DNA of 64,000 bases from Candidatus Iainarchaeum sp. (GTDB lineage: Archaea; Iainarchaeota; Iainarchaeia; Iainarchaeales; VGJJ01): the NCBI GenBank assembly GCA_016699555.1, contig CP064981.1, forward strand, positions 761,603 through 825,602, read 5' to 3'. The notes beneath the pieces are model-generated. The model did no database searches and had not been told where the DNA came from. It saw nothing but the letters and a program-made list of their open reading frames with translations. The position numbers and the translations under genes were made by a program. Below, piece after piece: positions 36,859 through 47,012 of this stretch. How positions within the stretch are numbered: the stretch's first letter is position 1; every line of letters begins with the position of its first letter.

Positions 36859-38142
36859 TTATTTCCCAAAAACCGCTTTCTTCCCCAAACTCTCTTCGAT
36901 GCGCATCAATTGATTGTACTTGTTGACGCGTTCGCTTCGGGAAAGCGCACCGAACTTCGCATAGTTCGCGTGCAATCCCACTGCAAAGTCGGCGAGGAAA
37001 GAATCTTCGCTCTCTCCGGCGCGGGCGGAAACGATCGTGGTCCACTTCGCTTCCTTGGCCATCTGATAGGCCTGCATGGCCTCGGAGATAGTGCCGATTT
37101 GGTTGATCTTCAGATCCAACCCATTACAGGCCTTCAAATCCATCACACGCTTCATGCGCATGGGATTGGAAACGAGCAAGTCGTCTCCCACAATGGGATG
37201 CGTCGAACCGATTCGCTGCACCGCGCCCTGGAATCCCTGGATATCGTCTTCGGAAAAAGGATCGATCAGCACGGAAATAGGATACTGCGCCACGAGGTTG
37301 GCATAGAAGTTGACCAACTGGCGGTGCGTGAGGGTCTTGTCGCCCAAGTGATAGGCTCCCTTCTTGACGATATGGGACGCGGCCACATTCAAGCCCACTT
37401 TGATCTGCTTCTCGTAACCCAATTGCTTGGCGGCTTCCATGACATGATCCAGGGCAACGTTCAAATCACTCACAGGAATAGCGAACCCGCCCAATTCTCC
37501 CACGTTCACGGAAGTAGGACCGTATTTTTGTGCGAGCAATTGCTTGAGCGTGAGATAGATTTCTTGGGTGATCTGCAATGCATGCTCGGCCGACTTGGCT
37601 TTCGTGGGTTCGATCAAGATTTCTTCCACCGGCAACTGATTACCCGCGTGCTTTCCGCCATTGATGACATTCACCAACGGCATGGGCAGCTTGTAGAGCT
37701 TTTCCTTGCTTTGTGTCAACTGCGAGACGTGTTCGTAAACCGTACGATCCTGGAGTTGGGCACCCAACTTACAGATGGCCATGGAAACGGCAATCATGGC
37801 ATTGGCGCCGAGCTTGTTCTTCTGAGGAGTTCCATCCAAATCGATCAAGGCCTTGTCGACTTCCTGCTGGGCACAGGCATTCATTCCCTGCAATTCGCGA
37901 GAGATGGACCCGTTGACATTCTTGACGGCCTTCGAGACACCCATCCCCAAATAGGCCTTTTCCTCATCGCGGAGGTCATGGGCTTCATGGCGTCCTTTGC
38001 TGGTGCCTGCAGGCGCAATCGCGCGGGCCATCATCTGCCCGGAAATGGCTTCGACTTCCACCGTGGGCACGCCACGCGAGTCAAATACCTGTCTTGCTCG
38101 TATTTTTTCGACAGCAAACGGACTTTTCATGTTTTTTAACAC
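36859..38142 (-). CDS. eno: enolase
   Basis: Full-length 427 aa, enolase signature (SHRSGETED-like SARAGESEDS, KVNQIGT-like KINQIGT). Confidence 0.95.
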   Translation of the reverse strand: MLKNMKSPFAVEKIRARQVFDSRGVPTVEVEAISGQMMARAIAPAGTSKGRHEAHDLRDEEKAYLGMGVSKAVKNVNGSISRELQGMNACAQQEVDKALIDLDGTPQKNKLGANAMIAVSMAICKLGAQLQDRTVYEHVSQLTQSKEKLYKLPMPLVNVINGGKHAGNQLPVEEILIEPTKAKSAEHALQITQEIYLTLKQLLAQKYGPTSVNVGELGGFAIPVSDLNVALDHVMEAAKQLGYEKQIKVGLNVAASHIVKKGAYHLGDKTLTHRQLVNFYANLVAQYPISVLIDPFSEDDIQGFQGAVQRIGSTHPIVGDDLLVSNPMRMKRVMDLKACNGLDLKINQIGTISEAMQAYQMAKEAKWTTIVSARAGESEDSFLADFAVGLHANYAKFGALSRSERVNKYNQLMRIEESLGKKAVFGK

Positions 38143-38290
38143 CTATCCCCGAATAATGCTGTATTTATGCTCGCGAAAGATTAAAATCAAGACGTTTAGG
38201 AGTGGCTACATGGAATAAAATGGGAAATAACGGGGTTATAGAGCCATTATTGCCAAAATGGCCATTTTTACCATGTATGCGGCCAAAAAC

Positions 38291-39130
38291 TCATTCCTTG
38301 GACTCTTTTTTCCCAGCGTCCGTTTCGGCGTGCATCTTTTCCTTTACCGCACGCAAGTCAATCACTTTTTTCTGCAGCGAAAATCCTTGCCCGCCGAAGA
38401 GTTCTTTGCTGATCGTCGTCACAACGAACTCGTCCAAGCGCTTGTAATCGATCGCAGGGGCTTTCCCTTCCAGCAAGGGAAGCAACTCATCCCAGACCAA
38501 TCCGATGTGCCACAATCCCTCGACACGCTCCGTGGCCAAATGCCCTTTGCTGCTGAGCGCACTCTCGATGAATGCGGTGTCGACCTTGGAGAAGCGGCGC
38601 GTGTAGAAGCCATCGAACCAATAATCATGGCCCACGAACAATACCTTTTCCGGAGCGAGGTTCTTTTTCTTCATCAAATCCAACAGCTGCACCTGGCGTG
38701 CGTATTCGTCTTTGCAGGATTCATCTTCTTTGCACTTCTTCTCATACAATTCACGGTCGATCTCCGTCATTTGGTGGATGAAATCATTATCCACTGCGAG
38801 CGTGTTCTCCTCCGTAAAGAATTTTTCGAGCCCCGCTTCGGCAATCTTTTTCTGGCAAACGCCTACTTTGAGGGCTGAAATGCCATAGTAGCTAAATCCC
38901 GGATTGGATTTGGCATACTTCTGCAGGGATTTGAGGAATTGCTCCACGCGCGCGGAGTCGATGGCCGCATTGACCGTCCCGGGAAAGAAAATGTCCTCGA
39001 GCAAGAGCACTAAAACGGTTTTTTTAGGGGAAGAAACAGCACCATCTGCAGTCATATACTCAAAATGGAAATGAACGCTTAAAAACGCCTTATGCGTCGC
39101 GGGAGAGACCTCTTCCCATTGGAAAAACAA
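38291..39130 (-). CDS. hypothetical protein (possible HAD-like C-terminal region)
   Basis: 279 aa ORF; KVLFVGHDYWFDG weakly HAD motif-like; start may be internal Met. Confidence 0.3.
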   Translation of the reverse strand: MFFQWEEVSPATHKAFLSVHFHFEYMTADGAVSSPKKTVLVLLLEDIFFPGTVNAAIDSARVEQFLKSLQKYAKSNPGFSYYGISALKVGVCQKKIAEAGLEKFFTEENTLAVDNDFIHQMTEIDRELYEKKCKEDESCKDEYARQVQLLDLMKKKNLAPEKVLFVGHDYWFDGFYTRRFSKVDTAFIESALSSKGHLATERVEGLWHIGLVWDELLPLLEGKAPAIDYKRLDEFVVTTISKELFGGQGFSLQKKVIDLRAVKEKMHAETDAGKKESKE

Positions 39131-39166
39131 CCGCTTTAAAACACTTTTTCATTATAATGAGTTAAT

Positions 39167-39397
39167 ATGAAGTGTGTGGTTTGTTCCAAAAAATCATCCG
39201 CTAACAATACGCTCGGATTGCCCTCGTGCAAGGAGCACCTCAACCTTCCCATCGAACCCCCAAAATGCCCCGAGTGCGAAACTCCCATGGAATTGCGCCA
39301 TCGCAAGAATGGAGCCTTCTGGGGATGCCCCTCTTTCCCCAACTGCTTCGGTTCGCGTAACCTCGTGAAGCCCATGGAAGAAATGGATATTCTGTAA
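39167..39397 (+). CDS. small zinc-ribbon protein with topoisomerase-type C4 zinc finger
   Basis: CVVC...C..H and CPEC...GAFWGCPSFPNC (zf-C4_Topoisom-like). Confidence 0.55.
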   Translation: MKCVVCSKKSSANNTLGLPSCKEHLNLPIEPPKCPECETPMELRHRKNGAFWGCPSFPNCFGSRNLVKPMEEMDIL

Positions 39398-39509
39398 TCG
39401 CCCAAAAATAAACCAATTCATTTACACACGCGACGCAAATGCATACCCGCTCGACGACGCAGCTCGGCCACGTGTTTACGTAAATTTTCTTTGTGCGAGG
39501 AGAATACCA

Positions 39510-40229
39510 CTATAGTGGCCTGCGACGCAACTGCTTGCGCTGGACTTTGCGCTGTTTCGCGGCGCGCTTGATCACGTTGTCGTGCAATGACCCGAGTGGA
39601 GATTTGAATCGGCCTTCACGTTTGAACTTCAAATCATACAACGAATTCAAACTTAACGCGGAGACACGTTCAAACTCGGGAATAAAATGTCGCACTACTC
39701 CAAAAGAGGATTTGCGTAAGACGAATGCCTCTTGAATCAAGCGCGATTGATTGTTGACGCACAACTCCAGATATTCCCCGAACACCTTTCCGCGCAGCTC
39801 GAACGGCCACTCCCATCGATGCACGCGTGTTTTTTCGGCAAGCTCACGGGGGTTGACATGGTGGTCCAAGATAATCAAGCGATTCCCGAACCGCCCATGC
39901 ATCCCGCGGACGAACCCTTTTATCATGGCGTCAGCCTCATCCAACTGACGCTTGGCCTCTGCAGGAAATGCATCCGAATCGTGACGTAAAGGCCATTGCA
40001 GGATAATCACTCCCGCATGCGGGTCGCGCTGGACCTTTTTCAATGTGTGCGCCCACAACCGCAACAGAAATGCGAGTTTCTTTCGAGGAAAAGAGTTTCG
40101 TAGCTGAAATTTTTCCCCATGATAATCATGATCGGGCAAATACCAGTGGTGCCACAACGAATAGAAAGGATGGATTAGCACATAGAGCTGCTTGACCACT
40201 AACGGAGAATTTTCCTGCATCACGTTCAC
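39510..40229 (-). CDS. hypothetical protein
   Basis: 239 aa ORF, His/Trp-rich, basic C-terminus; no recognised motif. Confidence 0.3.
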   Translation of the reverse strand: MNVMQENSPLVVKQLYVLIHPFYSLWHHWYLPDHDYHGEKFQLRNSFPRKKLAFLLRLWAHTLKKVQRDPHAGVIILQWPLRHDSDAFPAEAKRQLDEADAMIKGFVRGMHGRFGNRLIILDHHVNPRELAEKTRVHRWEWPFELRGKVFGEYLELCVNNQSRLIQEAFVLRKSSFGVVRHFIPEFERVSALSLNSLYDLKFKREGRFKSPLGSLHDNVIKRAAKQRKVQRKQLRRRPL

Positions 40230-40954
40230 TCACTCTTTGGCGGGCCATCTCTTTCAAGCGCAAGCGCATCCTCTTTCTCTTTCGCCTCTTTCCCCGCGCC
40301 CGGTAGCCCTACTTTTGGCATCGCGGGAATGCGTTCTTTCAATTGCGAAAGATTTTGTAACGCCATGCTCAAGCGTTCTCTGCGCGAGAGTTTCTTGGCC
40401 TGAGCGTCATTGAATTCCTTCAATTTCTTCAAGCGCTCCTCGATCACGGAATGCCAGTGATAGAATTTGGAGATGGACTTGGAATCCAAATAGAACGAAT
40501 CCACATCCATGAGTTGTCCCGCGAACTTTTCCTTGAGCTCCTTGGAGAAAGCCGTGTACTCGGAAAAATCCCCATGCAGCGAGTGCACCATCAACTGGGC
40601 CATGCGAATACCCTCGCCTTCTCCCGCAAACACCACGGAGGGATTCTCTTGCACCCATTGCACCACTTTCTTTATCGTAGCGGGGGAGTGGGCTTTGATG
40701 AAGGTAATGGCTTGGAAGTGCAACCCCAATTTCTGCAGATTCGGCAGCGCCATGAAGCGATCGATGAATTGCTCTTGCAGCAAGCGCGAGCGAATACGCG
40801 TTACAGTAGGTTGGGAGGTCTTGAGGCGTTGCGCCAATTCACGATCCGACAAGCGCGCGTTCTTGGAGAGCTCCAAAAATACGGCGCGTTCCTTGCTGGA
40901 AAGAGAAGAACTCATGCCCATAGGAAGAGTTTTGAGCATTTTAACGCTTTTCAT
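40226..40954 (-). CDS. Lrp/AsnC family transcriptional regulator with C-terminal extension
   Basis: HTH LSDRELAQRLKTSQPTVTRIRSRL, RAM domain HFQAITFIKA; ~80 aa extra C-terminal coiled region. Confidence 0.7.
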   Translation of the reverse strand: MKSVKMLKTLPMGMSSSLSSKERAVFLELSKNARLSDRELAQRLKTSQPTVTRIRSRLLQEQFIDRFMALPNLQKLGLHFQAITFIKAHSPATIKKVVQWVQENPSVVFAGEGEGIRMAQLMVHSLHGDFSEYTAFSKELKEKFAGQLMDVDSFYLDSKSISKFYHWHSVIEERLKKLKEFNDAQAKKLSRRERLSMALQNLSQLKERIPAMPKVGLPGAGKEAKEKEDALALERDGPPKSE

Positions 40955-41294
40955 CCATTCATCGAAGGGTCATATGCGCCCCTAAAAAGTAATTATGTCG
41001 ACTCATACATGAATGAAATGAAATTTTTTGACAAAAAGATGAATCAATCATTCATTTTCGCCCCAAAATGGTTTTGGCAGACTTTTATACGCGAAATAAC
41101 GTAAAAGAAAGAGAGGTGGTTGACGAGACGGCGCATGATTGAAACAATCCAACGCGATCCAAACCCTGTTTGGAAGGCTCACTCAGCTCGAAGGGTTCAT
41201 CAGCGCTAATCAACCGCCTTTTACACTTGCTTTTTGACCCCAGAAAGCAAAAAAGAAGAGAAGCTGCATAACACCCCATTTTCTCCTCCAATCC

Positions 41295-41320
41295 AGCCGA
41301 CCGTTCCCCGACGGTCGGCT
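41295..41320 (+). terminator. GC-rich hairpin AGCCGACCGT-TCCCCG-ACGGTCGGCT followed by T-rich tract inside 500-nt intergenic region
   Basis: Perfect 10-bp stem then ACTCCTTTTACTTTTT; no upstream CDS on + strand, so it may end a small transcript. Confidence 0.35.
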
Positions 41321-41454
41321 ACTCCTTTTACTTTTTACAACGCAACAGCATCTCGGCGATGCATAACCCATTGCGTTTTAACACTATCTTTGTCATCTTC
41401 TATTAGTACGGATTCTCGTTGTTCCATGCACGGCTTGCATCCGCGCCCAATGCT

Positions 41455-44067
41455 ATGATTACGCATCTCACCCAAAAATATCCCGAAAAAGAAGTCTATG
41501 CGGCCTTGCATCCACTCCTCGGGGCATTCTTCAAGCACCACTTCAAAGGCTTCACCGAGCCCCAGCTCTATTCGATTGTAAACATCCACCAGCGCCAAAA
41601 CATCCTCATCTCCGCTCCCACGGGGACGGGAAAAACACTCTCTGCGTTTGCCGCAGTATTGTCCGAACTCATGACGCTTTCGGACGCGGGAAAGCTCGAG
41701 GACAAAATCTATTGCGTGTACATTTCTCCTTTACGCGCGCTCTCCAACGACATCGAAAAAAACTTGAATGGCCCGCTGGAAGAAATCCAGAAAGCCGCCA
41801 AAAAACTAGGAAAGGAATTCCCTATCCGCGTTGCGGTCAGGACAGGAGACACTACGGCATCGGAAAAGAGCAAGATGCTTTCTAAACCTCCGCACATCCT
41901 CATTACGACTCCTGAGTCCATGGCCATCACGCTTACCGCGCCCAAGTTCTCCCTCAACATGAAGGAAGCGCAATGGATGATCATCGATGAAATCCACGCA
42001 CTCGCCGCAGGAAAGCGCGGCGTCCAAATGGCGTTGACGCTGGAATCCCTCCAACGCATCGCCCCCGCGATTACGCGCATCGGCCTCTCTGCAACGGTCG
42101 CGCCCATCGACGAGGTCGCAAAATACCTCGTGGGAAACTGGCATGCCGGAACCGAACGCGATTGCAAGGTAGTGGATATCTCGCACATCAAGAAGATGGA
42201 CTTGAAAGTCCTCTCTCCGCTGCCGGACCTCATCAACACCACGACTAAAAAAACGCATGAGGCGCTCTATCGCACGCTGGATGATTTGATCCAGGCCCAC
42301 AAAACAACCATTGTTTTCACCAACACCCGCGCCGCAACCGAGCGCGTCGTGCATCATCTGAAGGAAAAATCCCCCGGAACGTATGAGGGATTCATCGGGG
42401 CCCACCACTCTTCCCTTTCGCGCGAGCACCGCTTGATGGTAGAGAACCAGTTGAAGGAAGGAAAGCTCAAGTGCTGCGTCTCCTCCACTTCATTGGAATT
42501 AGGGATTGACATCGGGTATGTGGATTTGGTCATTTTGCTAGGCAGCCCCAAAGGCGTCGCACGCGCACTGCAGCGCATCGGTCGCGCAGGGCATCGTCTG
42601 CATGACACGGTCAAAGGACGCATCGTCGTCATGGACCGCGACGACCTCGTAGAATGTGGAGTGTTGCTCAAGAATGCATTGGAAAAGAAAATCGACCGCG
42701 TGAATATCCCAAAAAATTGCCTCGATGTGTTGGCGCAGCATATTTTTGGAATGGTCGTGAATGAGCCGCGGGGCGTGGACGAAGTATTCGACGAAATCCG
42801 GCGCGCATACCCCTACTCCAACCTCGCACGCGCCGATTTCCAAGAGGTGCTGAACTATCTCTCGGGCGTGTATGCGGGACTGGAAGTCCGTAATGTGTAT
42901 GCCAAAATATGGGTAGACGAAAAGACCGGCCTCATGGGAAAACGCGGAAAACTCGCACGCGTGCTCTATATGACGAACGTGGGAACCATCCCCGACGAAG
43001 CCAAGATGACCGTCAAGATCGGCGAGAACCGCATCGGAACCCTCGATGAAGGATTCATGGAACGGTTGAAGCGCGGAGATAAATTCGTCCTAGGGGGAAG
43101 CGTGTTCGAGTACCTCTTTGCGCGCGGGATGACCGTGCAGGCCAAGCCAGCGACAGGACAACTTCCCACCGTTCCCGCGTGGTTCTCGGAGATGCTCCCA
43201 CTTTCGTATGACTTGGCCATGGACATCCAGAAGTTCCGCCAGCTCATGGACGAAAAGTTCCGCGCCAAGCGCAGCAAAAAAGAAATCGTCGAGTTCGTGG
43301 ACAAATACTTGTATGTGGACGCGAATGCGGCGAATGCCATCTATGAATACTTCAAAGAACAATTCGAATACGCCGAAATCCCCCACCACGGAAAACTCAT
43401 CATCGAGACGGTGCGCGAAGGAGATATGAGCTATTGGGTCTTCCACACGCTCTTTGGAAGAAGAGTCAACGACGCCCTTTCCCGTGCATATGCATTTGCG
43501 CTAGGAAGGCTATTGCACAAGGATATCGACATATTACTCTCCGACAACGGATTCGCACTCCTATTCCACGGAAAAGCCTCCCCCGAAAAACTCATGGCAT
43601 CCGTCCACTCCTGGGAATTCCGCAAGATACTCGAAGTGGCGCTGCGCGACAGCGAAGTCCTCCGCAGGCGATTCCGCCATTGCGCCACGCGCGCACTCAT
43701 GATCCTGCGCAATTACCGCGGGCGCGTGAAGAGCGTGGGAAGGCAGCAGATGTCCTCACGCCTCTTGCTTTCAGCAGTTATGCGATTGGACGAGAATTTT
43801 TCGGTCTTGCGCGAGGCCCGGCGCGAGGTCATGGAAGACCTCATGGACATCACGCACGCGCACGAGATCGTCATCGCGTTGGAACAGAAGATGATGGGCA
43901 CGCAAATCATCCAACCCGAGAGCTTCACCCCCTTTGCATTCTCATTGATTGCGCAAGGACATCACGACACGGTGAAGATGGAAGACCGCCTCGCATTCAT
44001 CAAGCGCATGCACGAAAAGGTATTGCTCAAGGTCGAGGCCAAAGAAGCCAAGGCGAAAAGCAAATAA
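41455..44067 (+). CDS. lhr: Lhr-type large ATP-dependent helicase (DEXH, Lhr-core with C-terminal DUF1998-like domain)
   Basis: Walker A APTGTGKT, DEIH box, helicase C motifs, ~870 aa; start at MITHLTQ. Confidence 0.85.
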   Translation: MITHLTQKYPEKEVYAALHPLLGAFFKHHFKGFTEPQLYSIVNIHQRQNILISAPTGTGKTLSAFAAVLSELMTLSDAGKLEDKIYCVYISPLRALSNDIEKNLNGPLEEIQKAAKKLGKEFPIRVAVRTGDTTASEKSKMLSKPPHILITTPESMAITLTAPKFSLNMKEAQWMIIDEIHALAAGKRGVQMALTLESLQRIAPAITRIGLSATVAPIDEVAKYLVGNWHAGTERDCKVVDISHIKKMDLKVLSPLPDLINTTTKKTHEALYRTLDDLIQAHKTTIVFTNTRAATERVVHHLKEKSPGTYEGFIGAHHSSLSREHRLMVENQLKEGKLKCCVSSTSLELGIDIGYVDLVILLGSPKGVARALQRIGRAGHRLHDTVKGRIVVMDRDDLVECGVLLKNALEKKIDRVNIPKNCLDVLAQHIFGMVVNEPRGVDEVFDEIRRAYPYSNLARADFQEVLNYLSGVYAGLEVRNVYAKIWVDEKTGLMGKRGKLARVLYMTNVGTIPDEAKMTVKIGENRIGTLDEGFMERLKRGDKFVLGGSVFEYLFARGMTVQAKPATGQLPTVPAWFSEMLPLSYDLAMDIQKFRQLMDEKFRAKRSKKEIVEFVDKYLYVDANAANAIYEYFKEQFEYAEIPHHGKLIIETVREGDMSYWVFHTLFGRRVNDALSRAYAFALGRLLHKDIDILLSDNGFALLFHGKASPEKLMASVHSWEFRKILEVALRDSEVLRRRFRHCATRALMILRNYRGRVKSVGRQQMSSRLLLSAVMRLDENFSVLREARREVMEDLMDITHAHEIVIALEQKMMGTQIIQPESFTPFAFSLIAQGHHDTVKMEDRLAFIKRMHEKVLLKVEAKEAKAKSK

Positions 44068-44094
44068 CCCCCAAAACGATCGCACTACCATCCC

Positions 44095-44862
44095 ATGCCA
44101 AAACCAACCCTCATCGAAAGCAAAACCCACTCCCCTTTACCCGTCGAATTAGCGCCCGGATTCCACGCCATCGATTTGGGATTATACATTGCAGCGGACG
44201 ATTGTTTGGTCATCTCTGATTTGCAGTTGGGGATCGAAGAACACTACAACTCCATGGGCGTGATGATCCCACGATTCAATTTCATCGAAGTCAAAAAACA
44301 CTTCAAGAAGATATTCGAGAAGAAAATGCACTTCTCGCACATCGTGCTGGACGGAGACATCAAGCATGAGTTCGCCAAGAGCTCCAACCAGGAATGGAGA
44401 GAAATTATTGAGCTATTGGAATTACTCTCCTTGCATGCCGCGCACATCTCCATCGTCAAAGGCAATCATGATCTGTGGATCGACCCCATTGCGCGCTTCG
44501 CCAAGGTCGACATCCACAATCAAGGGCTGTATCTCGAAAAGAGCAATACCTATTTGTGCCACGGCCATGAAATCCCTCAAACACTGGAGTATGAAAAGGC
44601 CACTACCATCGTGATCGGACACGACCACCCTGCCATCGAATTGCAAGAAGGAGCCAAGCGCGAGAAATTCAAATGCTTTTTAGTTGGAAAATATGGAAAG
44701 AAACGCTTGATTGTTTTGCCATCGTTCAATTTCGCCGCCGTGGGAAGCGATCCACGCGTGGCGGCGCTTTCTCCTTTCCTCAAGCAAAATCTGGACAGCT
44801 TCCAAGCATGGATGGTGGAGGATGAAGTGTATGCCTTCGGGAAACTCAAGGACTTGCCCTGA
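44095..44862 (+). CDS. calcineurin-like metallophosphoesterase (Lhr-associated MPE)
   Basis: D..D..LG, GNHD, CHGHE, GHDH phosphoesterase motifs; located immediately 3' of lhr as in many lhr loci. Confidence 0.7.
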   Translation: MPKPTLIESKTHSPLPVELAPGFHAIDLGLYIAADDCLVISDLQLGIEEHYNSMGVMIPRFNFIEVKKHFKKIFEKKMHFSHIVLDGDIKHEFAKSSNQEWREIIELLELLSLHAAHISIVKGNHDLWIDPIARFAKVDIHNQGLYLEKSNTYLCHGHEIPQTLEYEKATTIVIGHDHPAIELQEGAKREKFKCFLVGKYGKKRLIVLPSFNFAAVGSDPRVAALSPFLKQNLDSFQAWMVEDEVYAFGKLKDLP

Positions 44863-44902
44863 TTATCCAGCTTGCCCGCGTGAAAGGAATCGGAAATAAG
44901 CA

Positions 44903-45541
44903 CTACTTGTCCTTGGAAAAGAAACGCTTCACGGGCTGCTTCCACTTGGCAACGGGGTAATCGGAAAACTCCGCGAGCAATCCCTTCTCATACAGCAAGC
45001 GCGAGAAGCACTCGGCCGCGCGCTTGGCGTCGTCCAATGCGTTATGCGCTCCCGCGCGACGGACCAACCCCACGAACTCGCAGATGTCATCCAGCCCCAG
45101 CTTGTGCACGCCGCCTTTGAGTTGGATATGGTGATTGTTTTCGAGGTGGCGCAACCACGCCAGGGTGTGGAGCTCGATCATCTTGTTCATGAAGGGCCAT
45201 TTCAAGTGATAGCGCAACGCACCCTTCCACAAGAACAACATATCCCATGCCATGCTCTGCCCCGCGAGCGTGCGATTGGGAATTTTTTCGGCCCATTGAA
45301 AAAACTGCTCCAACAATTGCTTCTCGCTCAAGTGGAGCTTGGAGAGATATTCTTGCGTGAAACCATGCGCCGTCGCGGCCTGCTCATCCCACTCGCTTCC
45401 GGGACGGGGCTTGCATTCGAGATAGAGCGTATTCGTGGGGTGCTCGAAATCGACCGCGGCCAAGCTGATGATGGAATGCGTTTCGGGATCGAGTCCGGTA
45501 AATTCCAAATCAATGACAATCATTTTCCATCCACCAATCAT
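44903..45541 (-). CDS. DEDDh 3'-5' exonuclease (DnaQ/RNase T-like)
   Basis: MIVIDLEFTGL (Exo I DxE), ...H...D motif regions; 212 aa. Confidence 0.7.
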   Translation of the reverse strand: MIGGWKMIVIDLEFTGLDPETHSIISLAAVDFEHPTNTLYLECKPRPGSEWDEQAATAHGFTQEYLSKLHLSEKQLLEQFFQWAEKIPNRTLAGQSMAWDMLFLWKGALRYHLKWPFMNKMIELHTLAWLRHLENNHHIQLKGGVHKLGLDDICEFVGLVRRAGAHNALDDAKRAAECFSRLLYEKGLLAEFSDYPVAKWKQPVKRFFSKDK

Positions 45542-45548
45542 TCATCCA

Positions 45549-45704
45549 TTATTCCAACATATTCGGGACGCCGTTCTTGATGGAATAAGCGTGCTTGCAT
45601 ACATCGCACACGAGCTGATGCCTTTCTTTCTCATAGTGCAAGGTTCCCTGATCCTTGGGACAAACCAGCACCGAAAGCAGCTCGGGCGTCAAATAATGGC
45701 TCAT
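45549..45704 (-). CDS. Trm112/YcaR (UPF0434)-like small zinc-finger protein (not in ORF track)
   Basis: 51 aa: MSHYLTPELLSVLVCPKDQGTLHYEKERHQLVCDVCKHAYSIKNGVPNMLE; L..LvCP...g.L.y......LvC..C...Y.I..GvP.ML pattern. Confidence 0.55.
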   Translation of the reverse strand: MSHYLTPELLSVLVCPKDQGTLHYEKERHQLVCDVCKHAYSIKNGVPNMLE

Positions 45705-45743
45705 ACACCCATTGGGCTGTTTACGGTTTTATAAAAGGAATGA

Positions 45744-47000
45744 ATGGGATTTGATTATTCTATGTCCATCAAACGCATCGCTTTCCAGGGCAAGGAAATC
45801 ATCCTCGTCGGGACGGCGCACATCTCACGCGCATCCGTTGAATTGGTCGAAAAAACAATCGCAGAGGAAAAGCCCAACATCATCGCCGTGGAACTCGACG
45901 AATCGCGTTTGCGTCAGTTGCTGGAGGGACAGCAATACGAAAAGATGAACATGTCCGAGCTCATCCAAAAAGGACAAGCGGGGCTGTTGCTCCTGAATCT
46001 CTTTTTGGCCAACATGCAAAAGCGCCTCGGAGAAAACGTCGGAGTGAAACCCGGCGAAGAAATGTTGGTGGCAGTCAAGGCCGCACAAGCCGGCAAGACA
46101 CCCATCCTCCTCGCGGATCGCGATCTCAAAATCACCTTCCAGCGCGCGCTCGCGTCCATTTCGTTGTTCGAGAAACTCAAGCTCGGCGGGAGCATTTTTA
46201 CCGGTTTCTTCGAGGAACAGAAACCATTCGATAAGGAACAGATCGAAAAGATGAAAGACCAAGACCTGATCTCGCACTTGTTGGAGGAGCTCAGCAAGCA
46301 ATACCCCAAGCTCAAGCAGACGCTCGTGGACGAACGCGATGCATATCTGGCGCACAAGATTATGCTCTCCCCCGGAAAGAAAACCGTTGCCGTCGTGGGA
46401 GCAGGACACATGCAGGGGATCCAAAGCCACATCGCCGCGCATGAGCAACAACTGCAATTGCTCAAGAAGGAAGCCAAAAAAGCAGAAAAAGAAAAGGACA
46501 CGAAAATTATGCAGCCCGCGCCCATCATTCCTTCGCTCGCGGAATTGGAAACGCTCCCCAAACCAAAACCATGGGGCAAAATCATCGAGTGGGGAATACC
46601 ACTCATTTTCCTCGCGGCACTCATCTATTTCTTCTTTACCAAGGGAGCAGAGCTCTCTATTGAGTTCGCCATCGCATGGATTGTTTCCCATGGCGTGCTC
46701 GCGGCTCTCGGAGCATTCATCGGAGGCGCACGCCTGCGCACGGTGGGATGGGTCGCGCTCACGGCATGGTTCGCCGCCATCCACCCCCTTATTGCAACCG
46801 GATGGATTGCTGCCGCGGCCGAACTAAAAGCAAAACCCCCCACGATCCAGGAATTCACTCAACTCTCAGAGTTACGCACGCTGGGGGATTTTAGACGAAA
46901 CCGCGTGACACAAATACTACTCATTACCGTCCTCGCAAATATTGGAGGGATGTTGGCGGGATTCATCATCATCCCCTACTTATTCGGGTTCAAACTCTAA
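45744..47000 (+). CDS. TraB/GumN family protein with C-terminal membrane domain
   Basis: ILVGTAHISRASVELV...PNIIAVELD and VAVVGAGHMQGI motifs; 4 C-terminal TM helices. Confidence 0.6.
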   Translation: MGFDYSMSIKRIAFQGKEIILVGTAHISRASVELVEKTIAEEKPNIIAVELDESRLRQLLEGQQYEKMNMSELIQKGQAGLLLLNLFLANMQKRLGENVGVKPGEEMLVAVKAAQAGKTPILLADRDLKITFQRALASISLFEKLKLGGSIFTGFFEEQKPFDKEQIEKMKDQDLISHLLEELSKQYPKLKQTLVDERDAYLAHKIMLSPGKKTVAVVGAGHMQGIQSHIAAHEQQLQLLKKEAKKAEKEKDTKIMQPAPIIPSLAELETLPKPKPWGKIIEWGIPLIFLAALIYFFFTKGAELSIEFAIAWIVSHGVLAALGAFIGGARLRTVGWVALTAWFAAIHPLIATGWIAAAAELKAKPPTIQEFTQLSELRTLGDFRRNRVTQILLITVLANIGGMLAGFIIIPYLFGFKL

Positions 47001-47012
47001 GCCGTAAAACAG

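Noticed and set aside
41009-41104. 31-aa ORF MNEMKFFDKKMNQSFIFAPKWFWQTFIREIT inside the Lrp-lhr intergenic region
   Set aside because: Too short and AT-repeat-derived to call; could be a leader peptide but no support.
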